A stretch of 64,000 nt of DNA. Source: Candidatus Obscuribacterales bacterium. Its GTDB lineage: Bacteria > Cyanobacteriota > Vampirovibrionia > Obscuribacterales > Obscuribacteraceae. The stretch is from contig CBDDIJ010000003.1 of assembly GCA_965228855.1 (NCBI GenBank), positions 2,208,001 through 2,272,000 on the forward strand. Reading direction: 5' to 3'. Below, in pieces: positions 28,801-31,182 of this stretch. Both the position numbers and the translations under genes were made by a program. The notes under the pieces are model-generated. The model ran no database searches. It was not told the origin of the DNA and saw only the letters and a list, made by a program, of their open reading frames with translations. Positions within the stretch are counted from its first letter, which is position 1, and each line of letters opens with the position of its first letter.

Positions 28801-30410
28801 ATGAGCTCCGTCTCCTCGCTGGTGGCAAGGGAGCGATCACAACATCTAAGGATGTCGTCATCACAGCTGGACAGAGCATAGAATTCCAAGCAGACACCGG
28901 CGCCATCGGCAAGAAACCAATAGTGGTGAACACACCGGTCATATCGGCAAACACGCAGGGTGCTGTCAACATAATCAACAATTTCACCGGTCCGATGGTG
29001 CTCGCCACCTCTACAGGCGGCAAGGGCTTCAGTCTTGAATCCGCAGGCGGAATCGAAATCGGTGATCTCTCCACCACTAAGGGTTCCATCGACGTCATTG
29101 CCAACGGAGGCATCCTATCCGTCAGAGCAGGCAATAACGTAAATGCGGCAAACGGAGCACTATCCCTGATCAATATGGACATCACCAATGGTTCCATCTT
29201 GATTGACGACGGAGCGACGGTCCAAACCTCCGGAAAAGGCAAAACCACCACCATCTCCATCGGTGCAGCACCGAGGAAAGGTACGGTCGGCGCAACTCCA
29301 GCAGGCGTGACCGTCGACGAAGATGGCGGTATCGTCTACTTCGGTCAAGCCGGTGGCGTTGTGGCACAGTCAGTCGCAGATGTGATCGCGAAGAATCAGG
29401 ATGTGATCTTCAATAACTCATCCACTAATATCGGAACTAACAAGATAGTCCTGGGTGATAACGCGACCGTCATCGCAGACCCACCGTCGAGAGCGGTTTC
29501 CTCAATGCCGGTCATGATGGCTAGCACCATTGACCTCAGCGCTCAGCCTACCGTCTCCGGTACATCGAGCGGCTCAGCCTCCGTTGCCATCAACAATGGC
29601 TTCACTTCAACATTCGACGCATCACAAATTACAAACCAATTGGCGACCGTCGATAATTCGACAGGCTGGACGGAAACAGCCAGCGCAAACGGAGCAAGAA
29701 CACTCAGCCGCGCGCTTCACGGTGGCATCACCGCATGCGGTGCTGATGATGGCATCGAAAGCGCTGACGACATGATAGTGAGTGCTGCTTTCCATGCAGG
29801 AAAAGACACGGGACTTAATGAGTACTCAGTCGACAACAGCAAGGTCGACATGATTGAATCGACTGACGCTAGCGTCAAGCAGTTGCCTAACAGCAAGCGC
29901 TTCGTGCTCAAGCAAGGAAACGTAGTCTTCGCTCCGTTCCAGGACACCACAATCGAAACCGCTCACGGCTCCGTGAAGATTGCTGCAAACTCCGTAGCGC
30001 TCGTAATGGAATCGAAGAACGGATTGGCAGTTTATAACATCAACGACACTAAGAAGAATTCTGTCGTCATCACCGCTGATGATAAGCAACTGACGCTCTC
30101 TCCAGGACGTCATGCTCTGGTCAGCAACCATGAAGAGTTTGTCGACGGCAATGCTGTAGAACTCGTCCAGCATCGCAACTTGAGCAGACTGAAACTGAAC
30201 AACGGCATGAAGGTCTTCACAACGGAATTCTCTATCCCGTCAGCCTGCTACGCTGTTAAACCGCTCAAGCAGTTGATGAGTTCGAAGCACGCAGAGGCCT
30301 CGAAGATGGCGAAAGGCATCCTCAAGACTACTGCAGTAATTATGACGTTGAGCCCAGACAAGGGAGATTTCGTCCAGTTCTTCAAACCAAGAACCACAGC
30401 GATGAAATAG
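1818..30410 (+). CDS. Giant (9530 aa) exported filamentous-hemagglutinin-like beta-solenoid repeat protein with FecR-like C-terminal domain; putative adhesin or surface filament
   Basis: Uninterrupted 28.6-kb ORF with a Sec-type signal peptide (…RRFGASFLAFLMFYSTTAAWA|NP). It is G/N/T/S/A/I-rich with many G-G-[ND]-I-x-L motifs and several internal repeat classes. The N- and C-terminal domains align by eye with 33336-42110. Confidence 0.85.
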   Translation: MQSIRVQSNKTQSRFIRRFGASFLAFLMFYSTTAAWANPESVPVQLNTSNANQNWRAAREESRALRHEMRQEAHIQRIEDRQVRVNPVVTPGFQSGLANEIRNALQADRVRGQGALERGITRGERKEQRQNAQHHDRNTAVLYPGQVSTFRTARPNVPTASTRGSNRNTYVNDAGNAKLLNKGVSLDLASTANNITLGKNMLDGTVTIDVGGVDKQFAAGDKVTAAEYAAINQKVATGSQGLTLSNKGAATGGALNINTISDDGKTIRASELVVPQSVSVVGDFARNADGVRVTGDLNNAGSLYAVSSNASKNTAVIGARDINNAQGGSISTNVPTSVSTQFGEVNSTLDLSLKANRDLNNEGSITSSGNLELSAGRKIDNSGIAEASGNLSLSSSNIRNSGTISSINRSVSITALPDMNINVDNAGGVIKAQSGDINVTTVSAANPKLNTMLNGGDWHSKQLNVSSSDGAVDINAGDVTARVNVKAGSAHIYADTSALDIGDFEVSGDPILSSSGDVNFSGNIVTNGADLAIIAGGNVNANGFNTINTSSSSASGGGDITIVAGAAFTTPGATLNITGGTTSGGILNLDQLSTLDSRGTGINTSGGDINLIAYSGDTNNGSISLGNVGIQAGGTGITANGNVQIIAGTATGSAINVGAVTSTGGTGGGGDISISTSTPAIVGGQVVIDNSSPTTGGSIISGSFTPGATQGSSMSIGSLNAAGTVSLLAGENFNVPSVTAARTVVTSLGNIAFTSTVTSPGGILAVSAKDIVNLGASQLRADSATGDGGNITLIAGADFTRNANNVAINGASSFGGVIGLDQSSQIQIFRTSSTAIDGSAGDINLTAFFGSGFNAGLIRIGSAAAIEAQGNGLGANGTLSVVSGADQVNAINFTEFRADMGAAGTGGVTLSASAPVASALNPVTFATTTTDFAGISSANDFLGGSRTPNSTIGFNNIYLNSVPFTLLVGAETGFSSVSGATSFTADSLNNLTLGAVSANNTLLTALGNIRLNSTITSPGGILAVSGHDIYNGGASQLRTDSSTGDGGNITLVAGADFTTNASNIAINGASDSGGVIGLDQFSQIQIFRTSSTATNGSAGDVNLTAFYGDGLNAGLIRVGSAATIEAQGNGLGSNGTLSIVSEADQVNAINFTEFRANLGAAGTGGVTLSASAPIATSLNPVTFSTTSDFAGISSVNNFFGGSRTSSSTIGFNFVTLNDAPFTMLVGAETGFVAVTGATLFKADSLNNLSMGAVTANRTLLTAPGNIRLNGIITSPGGVLAVSGRDIYNGGAAQLLADSSTADGGNITLIAGADFTSNATNVAINGASATGGLIGMDQASHLQAFRTSSTATGGSAGNVNLAAFAGPGVNAGLVHMGGAALIEAQGDGSGSNGTVTIVGGANFADAINFTEVRTNLGAAGSGGVILSASNPVASALNPVTFSTMTDFAGMTSANDFLGGTRTTVSTINFNAINVNNVPVTILTGANVGQDSASSITGASLYRVDSLGNLSLNFITANRTLATAPGRIRMTNAITSPGGIFAVAGYDIFSVGAPSLFANSTTGDGGNITLIAGADFTVGANDVSILGASATGGYVGLDQSSQVQNITTVGADGFDAGNVNLVAFSGSAMTNPGLVRLGGAAEVKAYATGGGANGDVTIVSGFQGPIPDFTSTINANVINVSGPTVVTSAPGTGSVTLSNSAPNASVSNPVVLTTSQSGFGNITSTNNFLGGTRTVAGASIYVNAIKANNSPVTLLGGNGAPGTIASVNFGDISSASLLRIDSLGDVVTSTVNANQTFVTATGVIRVPTVVTSPGGILMVARSNVFSGGAPQLLANAANGDGGNITIIAGADFTVGANDVTISGGTSTGGYVGFDQFSSIQAMRTNGGAGNGNAGDITLVAFAGTGDFAGVVRTGGAVTIEAKGNGTGSNGDIKVIAGSSLTDAIQLKNVDLNGGSAGTGSITLSASTPLATSLDPVKVATTTVGFAEIITTNDFLGGTRTGAATIGVDTLTLNKAPVTILTGADTSYGFLTGVSNLRIDSLGTINVNSINSDQIFLTALGRVRVNGILSSPGGILIVSGSDIYSGGAPQFNTSSATGDGGNISLIAGADYVLGANDISIRGGTVGGGYVGLDQFSSVQVLRTNGGGLSGTAGDINLVAFSGNSSVSAGVVRTGTSAFIEALGSGTGANGDVTLVSGANGPTDDGLPTIYIRGVNINSGASGTGSVILSNSTPNATIANQVTLSTVSGSTFGGITSTNNFLGGARTSFVNSAVNISDTISTNNAPVTLLGGRNVTFGTINGANLLRIDSLGTVTTNTINANQTFITAQGNIQLNSVTTSPGGIMMVAGGDISSGGAPQLNATANGDAGNISLLAGAAFTEVAGGLRIDGASATGGNLNLHFFSGIQVLTANSTGGDGSAGDINLIAFSNGGNNGFVFTTGGGFSINAEGNGTGANGTVTIVAGADQNQNAIAMANSFTRNGTGGGGGITLRAAAPLFTAQTATLSGTSNFGGVSAGNFTSGTLSATADIAAGDLVTRDGDISVSSRNVNLGSIIADGGIAPSTSNGGTITINTNSATTLRSNGGGVNRITYLSASGGAVSGDAGTISLSNLGAGGIDVTAGNIFLNTTDGNGGTLSLNAPTSTLTLPATNLTIFTNGTDRNGGSIIINANALDNGGNPFTFTALGTGTGLGGTVDVTLNSGSISTGTGPGQFNPVVGSDGVIRLKATNGGVTVAPFTSIAGREVSLTAGGGDITLTNANIVGTSGGQINLTNSFAAGTINQFGASLISGGNLSVQTVSSDVILNTSVEGLRFNSGNGGLIVNNASSSLTVNSSYTGGTLSIATPGDMYFAENVTANGGITLTSNAPGGLFSGPGVLKTSPSFVLTVNLGSTGSQAYLNTEVSNFTGNATNGGLISLTQTGNISIGTGSTLSIDDLRVIADGNIHLVNNVVADPVSLISTTDILLSADITANDGILLVSGGNIRTDIVGLDINGSGTHGGAITMVAGADYTADSLAGTVVINGPSSTGGSIDFVTGGSITTLSSAATSTATGDNAGDINLIAYAGGTTNSGTVRITTATTIDASAADISNNAGAVNIIASGVNGTSTISIGDIDSTGGSNNPVSSINVLGAVANSNVLLSLFNAIPASSFVPVSSPAGADITTGVIGTSGASIKVDGQANVTTGAVSASPLGSDQTGGSISIAGAQTTTGAVTTNGTGTGGGGNIAITGLSGLTTGTLTANGGISGIGGSVSLYSNSATVLSHAAISAQAGANGLAGGSVTVRNDGAGGINYNGVDVSGGIGSGGSIDFETAGTLNFVSASMLANGATTSGDISLRAANITGSNGLNIQANGATPGAGPGIDIETTGVGPAGNITIQGDVTIASTRNVQIFNTGGLTIDTSTSVGALGTVNITANSLFAGGVNIFTAGTSGNQQGRAVGITTSGNSTQIGDIVTAGFGTSSGGSVTITNNSSTGSISAGAINTNGGVVGNAGAVLVTAASNGLISINSVSATGGSFAGDGGSVTIRNDGTALAAGSVRVAGGVDVSAPDNAGSVILDAESTNDGLVQIGGTINATSEFAINGSVSIAGSQIQALSSLFINAGYGGSTDTGSVNLVATAGGLVSSGTAINIYSGDFIGMNLNPAAAIQSGGGDITLHAGGDLNGNGANINASALTANTNGGTITIDAGEFATGVGVSLGDIVSNGNGTGTGGTIDITLRGSAVNYSLGTGGSIRSIASRGGTGSTGGDVSISQTSINPLSLLNGLDIDVTTASGDAGNINISTQGELMVTSGAVTLAAEGQTGRNNGNISIQATNVAIASGATSLTLDTFKTGSNAGTGNIAINNLGGGGIYTAGGDFIVDAGNNFTSNATYVNTNIGASAGSGNVSVTARGDINFSAAAPISTVAVNADQNGGNVTLTSGAAGLIRVGNIIANGDGTGDGGTVEITAGTGELLDITSITANGGTNGDGGTINVTAESATMLDFTSLIARGGSVSGNGGSISLINTGAGGIRIDNGDIDVGVNPAGNGNGGFITIDATAGPSDGTVLIGSSANITADAGLTGAVGGRIEITGASIAFTGPPASAIISAVNGDNANGITLTTTSTGISTSGSNLSIATSGAATINLANGLLATGGGNLSINADVINAAGQTFQTNSLAANANGGNITLNAVGDVTTSQLNTVGSGTGNGGDVNVTGALVTLGDISADGGLDGDGGDVTINSTRFALSNILARGGSNGGSGGSVLVNANTNFSNSILNVETTGSTSGGDGGNITVANAGSGQIQFNGTTGLVSSAPAGNAGDITLTGGLLSFGANSRNIIADGGITNGDITVNSVNVAFTSTTGTNTIRASGTGTGGSITFNSPGGNMTTGGSAISMDTKGSVTLAMLFADVITNGGALAINAGQDIDADADFNTSSATGNGGDVTLSVSSGAGNSIFFNTINASGTSGFNGGTVQITGSQGGTAFNGITSNGAGSGNGGAVTISADQDTQLDIDAISSTGGTSNGDISITNAGDGNIRAISSLTGRQISLSNSAGTGGIALFGATINASNGILLDSGAGITQTVSSISGGALDVRFVTGPVTLSTDVASITTSASGQTLTINETSGISILGQNIASLTVNSANGNITVDAPATVTALLRLNATNGGITTSAAVQSPVIELLAGGGDILFNGNLVSSGASGGITLSSTGSISGTGSVQTDAASSIGLDVTLNGSGNATFSNAAVSKLTTAGTSNGTVTINNGNNALQIGALGSALSLAASSTNVGGITLTQNGSTTGTVTFNAPYFSVNDTTLQAASILIQNLNGGLTVDGGATLGTLTGTTPVAGAPGTPSVPTAINIVTQVGAALNLVGDINFNGDLTIDNTFGTTTSTSGSLFTGNNNVRLTAASWVQNMETNGGIVGNDFVFTISAGGTIINTDGDVNLSANTTLVGQDFAIVARNNINMNGVTINLSNTTGDAGNLSIIAGYDFTTSSGGQIQTQAPYTFSGSSVAGGSVNATGAQLITTATGGNGGNVLVVANNGSVNLGGSSLIDASSTTGVGGSVTIIGQNGITANDITTNGNDVVLSVSAPQILGGPLVVTDGTLSGGIVDASAAVTDGNLQLHNINGASNVQLRGGNGASNTITQTAGGVVNASNLRVVLENGSATLAGNAGLLNAIVGGAGSVTLDNGSTDINLVVSNSNTAQNIDVRTTGSLVLSSDITAGSLTLYGGGIGLNVNRNVTVNGATVIRSTAGPLTVTNAISGGSVLLEQAAANGLIDINNTVTSTSGAVTIENAGSGNVHIDGAVSSAAGVNLVIGSGTADQTAAVSGTALGVTVGTGTVNLNTLSNDVDSLSVTASGAANVQLNNGTNDLSIDSIAALSTGGLIVRTTGNLDLNSAITVNTLTLSGGGSGLTIDNNIVTTGLASITATAGDLTVDSTHTVSGAGDKLLQATGSAGDVLINGGVSGNNVTLRATTSGGDVTIAAAVTASGGTIGLETDGGNVSETGAGSLTSSVLNLNFGQSGSSATLNNANNVGTLNSLGLANGTTVSFNNAGNPIQLGNIIGTGHNYQVSTTSGAITTSTNAFNFATLGLTTATGSITIDADITATTSANLEATGGSGNLTITSQGTLTSAAGALSLTNHGSGNIAINGALSGEQVALQIAGGQVNQSGTGVLTAGTLDVIITGIGFANLSTLQNNIGVLNTDAQVFGSTQIDNGSNDIVVNNVVGGTQNLYVHTSGSIDLMNDFTVGSLNLQAGSALDIDVDIVANNVTSITTVGAPLNITSSGSLTGSGSKTILAGGTFTADGALTSTSFVTLQASGAIDVNAAISGTNIIIDSFNSGISLDGAVTASSSLSMSTVGNNVMSQTVALTAPTLNITLASGSANLAFPVTTNNVGILNTNVSGNGFVGLNNGANDITLNNIVGNNQSLTVLTTGSMLFNSDFQVDALGLTSSNMNITVDIVTTGNATINGVSGDLVVANSGSLTGSGFKYLSALSAGTQIDINGAVTGSGVTLFHQNGGDISLDAAVTATSGTLTLTTSSTGNISQSVALSAPTLQINLGSGTATLTSANNAGTLNTSVSGTGSVAFNNGSNDLAINTITGQNQSLSVSTTGEITTSGGPFQVVGLDLDATAITLNTAVTATGTASLTTTTGDLTIAATGSLIGSGDKTLQTASGTIAINGNLSGTNVDLIATGAGNISNNATINATTLGISITSGTVTQTGSITATTVNTSVTSGSMTLTGNSVGALNATFNTVGAGSLVFGNTTDLALSVTGTADSLYIGSAGVLDLQSGITANSIGLSSSGTLTIDQNLVALTGISNFTSTAGDLVVTASGSVSGAGSLLTFYGNNVDINGSVSTSNGDIQIANAGGASQTITLDAAVSASGILEILGGSGTTTQTVAISANQLTVTLFGGTVNLTNSGNNVTSLTTNDLTTSSINFNNGTNPLTIGSIAGSNQSLTVSAGAITTSSAIVVNNLSLTSTGSGNDITLADSVTGTTTITLNSADDIVQSSGTIGGGAFMLTFGTNSLTLQTDVTSLTSSGTPAVSQLQVLEANSIQLLAQSVSNLSVTAGFAGSGDITTGADLTATTLSLNANGGDITLTNNLTAAIISLTASGSITSAGVLDVDTLTLTGGNIGTSLAPVRISSATSTLVTIASTGNVFVSKLDSNLLAVSPGATATNLTLVADVLETRGATLTGAFNATANDYSANGTLQATSITVASEAGSGLVVNGLASAVMTATSGSVNFTATASDLTLNGAMTFNGTTNLTVSPFNNIVVSTGANYVGNDTVNLNTCSIVLQGNISGDPLNFNCPLGAGTIANSTGDVDLTGLNLNFSGQSLAIIASGNVIAGTNTLINLSSSTGDAGDLLVVAGFDFTPATAGQVGPVATLFTMGAPNATGGNINLVGLTVNTTSTNGAGGDVQLIANGGSSFSGQIAAGDFNTTGSTANGSFTVIAENGFTAGTISSGTVSITNAEPVITGGTILIGNGEQLGSGSFSAGAATSGDIIVGSINANGADVTITAGTTVFDDITVTSLGANNLNLNVGAGIVEIANSDVNVLNTNASGAAFIRLNSNVNGIQLGSISGATQDLSVTDDTSIATTSGFTTGDLWLVAPTISLDHAIVTTGSTNITAVNSLQLNASLTGAGYKSLSSSGTLTINAQLSSSAYIQLGVGGVLTDTALGFVTAPTLYLYGDSGSVTTLDSASNNVGTLNTDSSGAASIAYSNGANDLVLGTVTGAGQNLTVSTTGNLDQTAAINIASLNLSGGGTGLNIDFGITTSGLASLNATAGDLTVTGVIDGAGDKQLIALGAVNINSAVSGQNVSITGSTIALDATVTGSTTIALDANGAITQTSGSVSGGALTVAFGSGPLTLATDVTSLSTDAVGQSLTINEANGIQLLAQNIDNLLISAGLTSTGAITTGTTVTVGNTLSLTDNNGGISLSDGILAQNTLLFSNTSITQSSGVISSDALSIDVSGGSSTLTTDVNSLTVALSNNATVTINEDAGIAIVSGSGGNGSLTVNAGRNNTGEITTSGSSLNTIDVTGTLTLDNDNGGISLSVDINGTTAVNLDAATSISQSGTLISGGALSVAFGTTASLSTSVASLTTNAPGRTLNIFNDGALSLLGQTLDTLNLTNQGDVTTNATFSIGTLNISTVTTGDINLNSNVTGTTAVLLDAAGSISQGAGYVLAGGDLTLTYATGPVTLATDVTSLTSSGPGTLTINEDDGIQLNAQNVTALTVNAGRNNAGNITTAADIAVTDLILDNNNGSIALSNNLTATNVTLDASGTITQSAGIINGTTLSVGFGSGPVALTTNVSNLTTTTGGSLTVSENDGINLLAQSATNLTVNAGLTGAGAITTGANISVAGSLNLTNSNGAINLNNNIAGSVGVSLDASTTITQAGGTSINGGALSVAFGSGPVSLTTNVASLTTDAAGNALSINEANGIQLLGQNLNQLVVTAGLTGAGDITTGADVVVPVLSLTNNNGSIALSNNINSTTSVVLDASATISQTAGTVTTDALEVDFGTGPVTLATNVNSLTSFSGGGSLTINESNGINVGVVDVDNLTVNAGLAGAGTLVVNASLSLSGALVLDNSNGSIDLSTAISATSITLDASATINQSAGLLSATDLSVAFGDDTTVELDTNVAFLTTANSLGGTLTLNENNDIALKSQNITDLNINAGVVSAGGITFFSPVTVAGAMTLTSNQGSINFNNNVSAGSVNATVVNGADLFIGATVSATTVTLTTNGGDILEVSSGNVTATTLNLTLNGGTPGSADLSTNANAVGTLNSAGGGIVSLNNGNTALNLGTLGAGQSLTASSTVSMTTTADLTTTGDVTLTTASLVNGFDLAANSITVASQTGSGLSVNGLTGGTFNATGSGEVVSMTATNGSLDLFGTMTFISETDMYADDIEFHVNTGANVTGQQRLTVHACDVNLQGAIVANPLIFDCQFSELTIGNGAGDVVLTGDIQALSRSVAIIASGSIIGSGITSIDLSNPGGPAGTLTMVAGFDFTPADTPQFEDSTTSFTGFTANATGGNIDLGNVTINVSSGTDTAGSVTAVANGGTTNAGTITVGAINANGADAAGTVLLVGESGVTAGTITATGGSAGTVSLLAAQPTTSGVPTILNGVLSGGNFQAGAITSGDITTGAITATNVTLQTEGASSTITLNGALTSSNLNILAGAGTIDITSSGSNTIAALADGSGNGGTLNVSSSDIIGGAGAINLTATGSIGNGGSIFFEHNGNAAMTVGSEYTFDASGALNGGFVNLRSLDADIIVNGGLTAAGTNGDGARYVLQAGVPVRLVLNDTSFLSEANATGANGNGGTLSLTGGTIVAASSAAQPLLLSANGNGTGNGGSVFYTSSDVTQTFVGTPAKAPKGAAIFLELSATSGTAGGDGGIASVEVGGNLTVDPSAINAGPLATTGDHNGGSYQLSAGTNAPKGAYLVVNGSLDASGVGNGGGGSIDLRTNNKKAFIVGSTKNLKNGVKGTLTANGNGGTVVLRNAGGGLTVSTSNALVGDELRLLAGGKGAITTSKDVVITAGQSIEFQADTGAIGKKPIVVNTPVISANTQGAVNIINNFTGPMVLATSTGGKGFSLESAGGIEIGDLSTTKGSIDVIANGGILSVRAGNNVNAANGALSLINMDITNGSILIDDGATVQTSGKGKTTTISIGAAPRKGTVGATPAGVTVDEDGGIVYFGQAGGVVAQSVADVIAKNQDVIFNNSSTNIGTNKIVLGDNATVIADPPSRAVSSMPVMMASTIDLSAQPTVSGTSSGSASVAINNGFTSTFDASQITNQLATVDNSTGWTETASANGARTLSRALHGGITACGADDGIESADDMIVSAAFHAGKDTGLNEYSVDNSKVDMIESTDASVKQLPNSKRFVLKQGNVVFAPFQDTTIETAHGSVKIAANSVALVMESKNGLAVYNINDTKKNSVVITADDKQLTLSPGRHALVSNHEEFVDGNAVELVQHRNLSRLKLNNGMKVFTTEFSIPSACYAVKPLKQLMSSKHAEASKMAKGILKTTAVIMTLSPDKGDFVQFFKPRTTAMK
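4092..9600 (+). repeat. Seven tandem ~257-276-aa intragenic repeats marked by SPGG
   Basis: SPGG[IV] codons start at 4092, 4866, 5637, 6417, 7245, 8019 and 8823. Each is followed by G[DN][GA]GNI[TS][LI][IVL]AGA[DA][FY]. The end coordinate is approximate. Confidence 0.8.
23750..26350 (+). repeat. About eight tandem ~110-aa intragenic repeats (T[DN]VxSL…INExNGIxLLxQ)
   Basis: INEANGIQLLAQ-like motifs recur every ~320-345 nt from ~23915 to ~26225. Isolated copies occur near 15600 and 21400. Boundaries are approximate. Confidence 0.7.
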
Positions 30411-30447
30411 GAAAAGAAATCTGCTATAAAAATCCAAACCTAGATGT

Positions 30448-31029
30448 TTGGAGAGCATTCCCTTGACTACAGTAGACGGGTTGGAACTCAGACAGGCTCG
30501 CAGCGAAGATCGCGATGAGATTCTGAACGTGCATGAAGCCGCGTTCGGCCGTGCGGCTGAAGCGAAACTAGTGGAGACGCTGTTAAACGACGGCGCTGAC
30601 ATCCGCGAGCTATCGCTTGTTGCGGTGCGCGATGGCAAAATCGTTGGTCACATTCTCTATACCGAGGTTCAAATCCTGGATGAGAAAAACAAAAATCTTT
30701 CCTCTATGGTGCGAGGCAAAGGCGGGATCCCCTATGCTGTCGCATTAGCACCGCTGGCGGTGCTACCGGCGCATCAGAAACAGGGCGTTGGGAAAGCACT
30801 GGCAAACGAGTCTCTAAAACTGGCTAATGAGCGCGGTCATGGCATCGTCATCGTGCTCGGACATCCCGAGTATTATCCAAAGTTCGGTTTCGAGCCGGCT
30901 TCGAAGTTCGGAATGAGTTCGCCCTTCGACGTTGCCGACGACGTCTTTATGGCGAAACCGCTATCGGCATTCAACGGAAAAATCTGTGGCAACGTCATTT
31001 ACCATGACGCTTTTATTGAGGTCGAATAG
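30448..31029 (+). CDS. GNAT-family N-acetyltransferase (YhbS-like)
   Basis: AFGRAAEAKLVETL, LAPLAVLPAHQKQGVGKAL (acetyl-CoA motif A) and VLGHPEYYPKFGF. Confidence 0.9.
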   Translation: MESIPLTTVDGLELRQARSEDRDEILNVHEAAFGRAAEAKLVETLLNDGADIRELSLVAVRDGKIVGHILYTEVQILDEKNKNLSSMVRGKGGIPYAVALAPLAVLPAHQKQGVGKALANESLKLANERGHGIVIVLGHPEYYPKFGFEPASKFGMSSPFDVADDVFMAKPLSAFNGKICGNVIYHDAFIEVE

Positions 31030-31182
31030 CTTACGACACGCTTCGCTTGCCTTTGATAGATTCGAGCAGCTTACGACACGCGTCGCTTCTCGTTAAACAA
31101 ATTCGAACAGCTTACGACACGCGTCGCTTCCCTTTGTTAGATTCGAACAGCTTAGGATCCGCGTCGTTTCCCTTTGATAAAC
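31022..31182. repeat. Four tandem 40-41-bp degenerate repeats copying the esterase 3' end
   Basis: Units at 31022, 31062, 31103 and 31143, consensus tcgaacagcttacgacacgcgtcgcttccctttgatagat. The last unit is the coding 3' end of 31152-32165; the first overlaps the GNAT stop. Confidence 0.9.

Noticed and set aside
2252..30173. Many minus-strand ORFs inside the giant gene (e.g. 13235-14617, 460 aa)
   Set aside because: These are antisense shadows of Gly/Asn/Thr-rich codons: Pro/Val/Leu-rich, with no motifs.
1818..30410. RTX/T1SS, autotransporter or CdiA toxin assignment
   Set aside because: I saw no GGxGxDxL nonapeptide arrays, terminal aromatic beta-barrel, NPNG or VENN motif, or transporter. 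The following gene is a recognisable GNAT, not an immunity-like ORF.
31022..31182. Possible mini CRISPR array
   Set aside because: The variable parts are only ~13 bp and resemble each other, the unit is a copy of coding sequence, and no cas genes are in the window.
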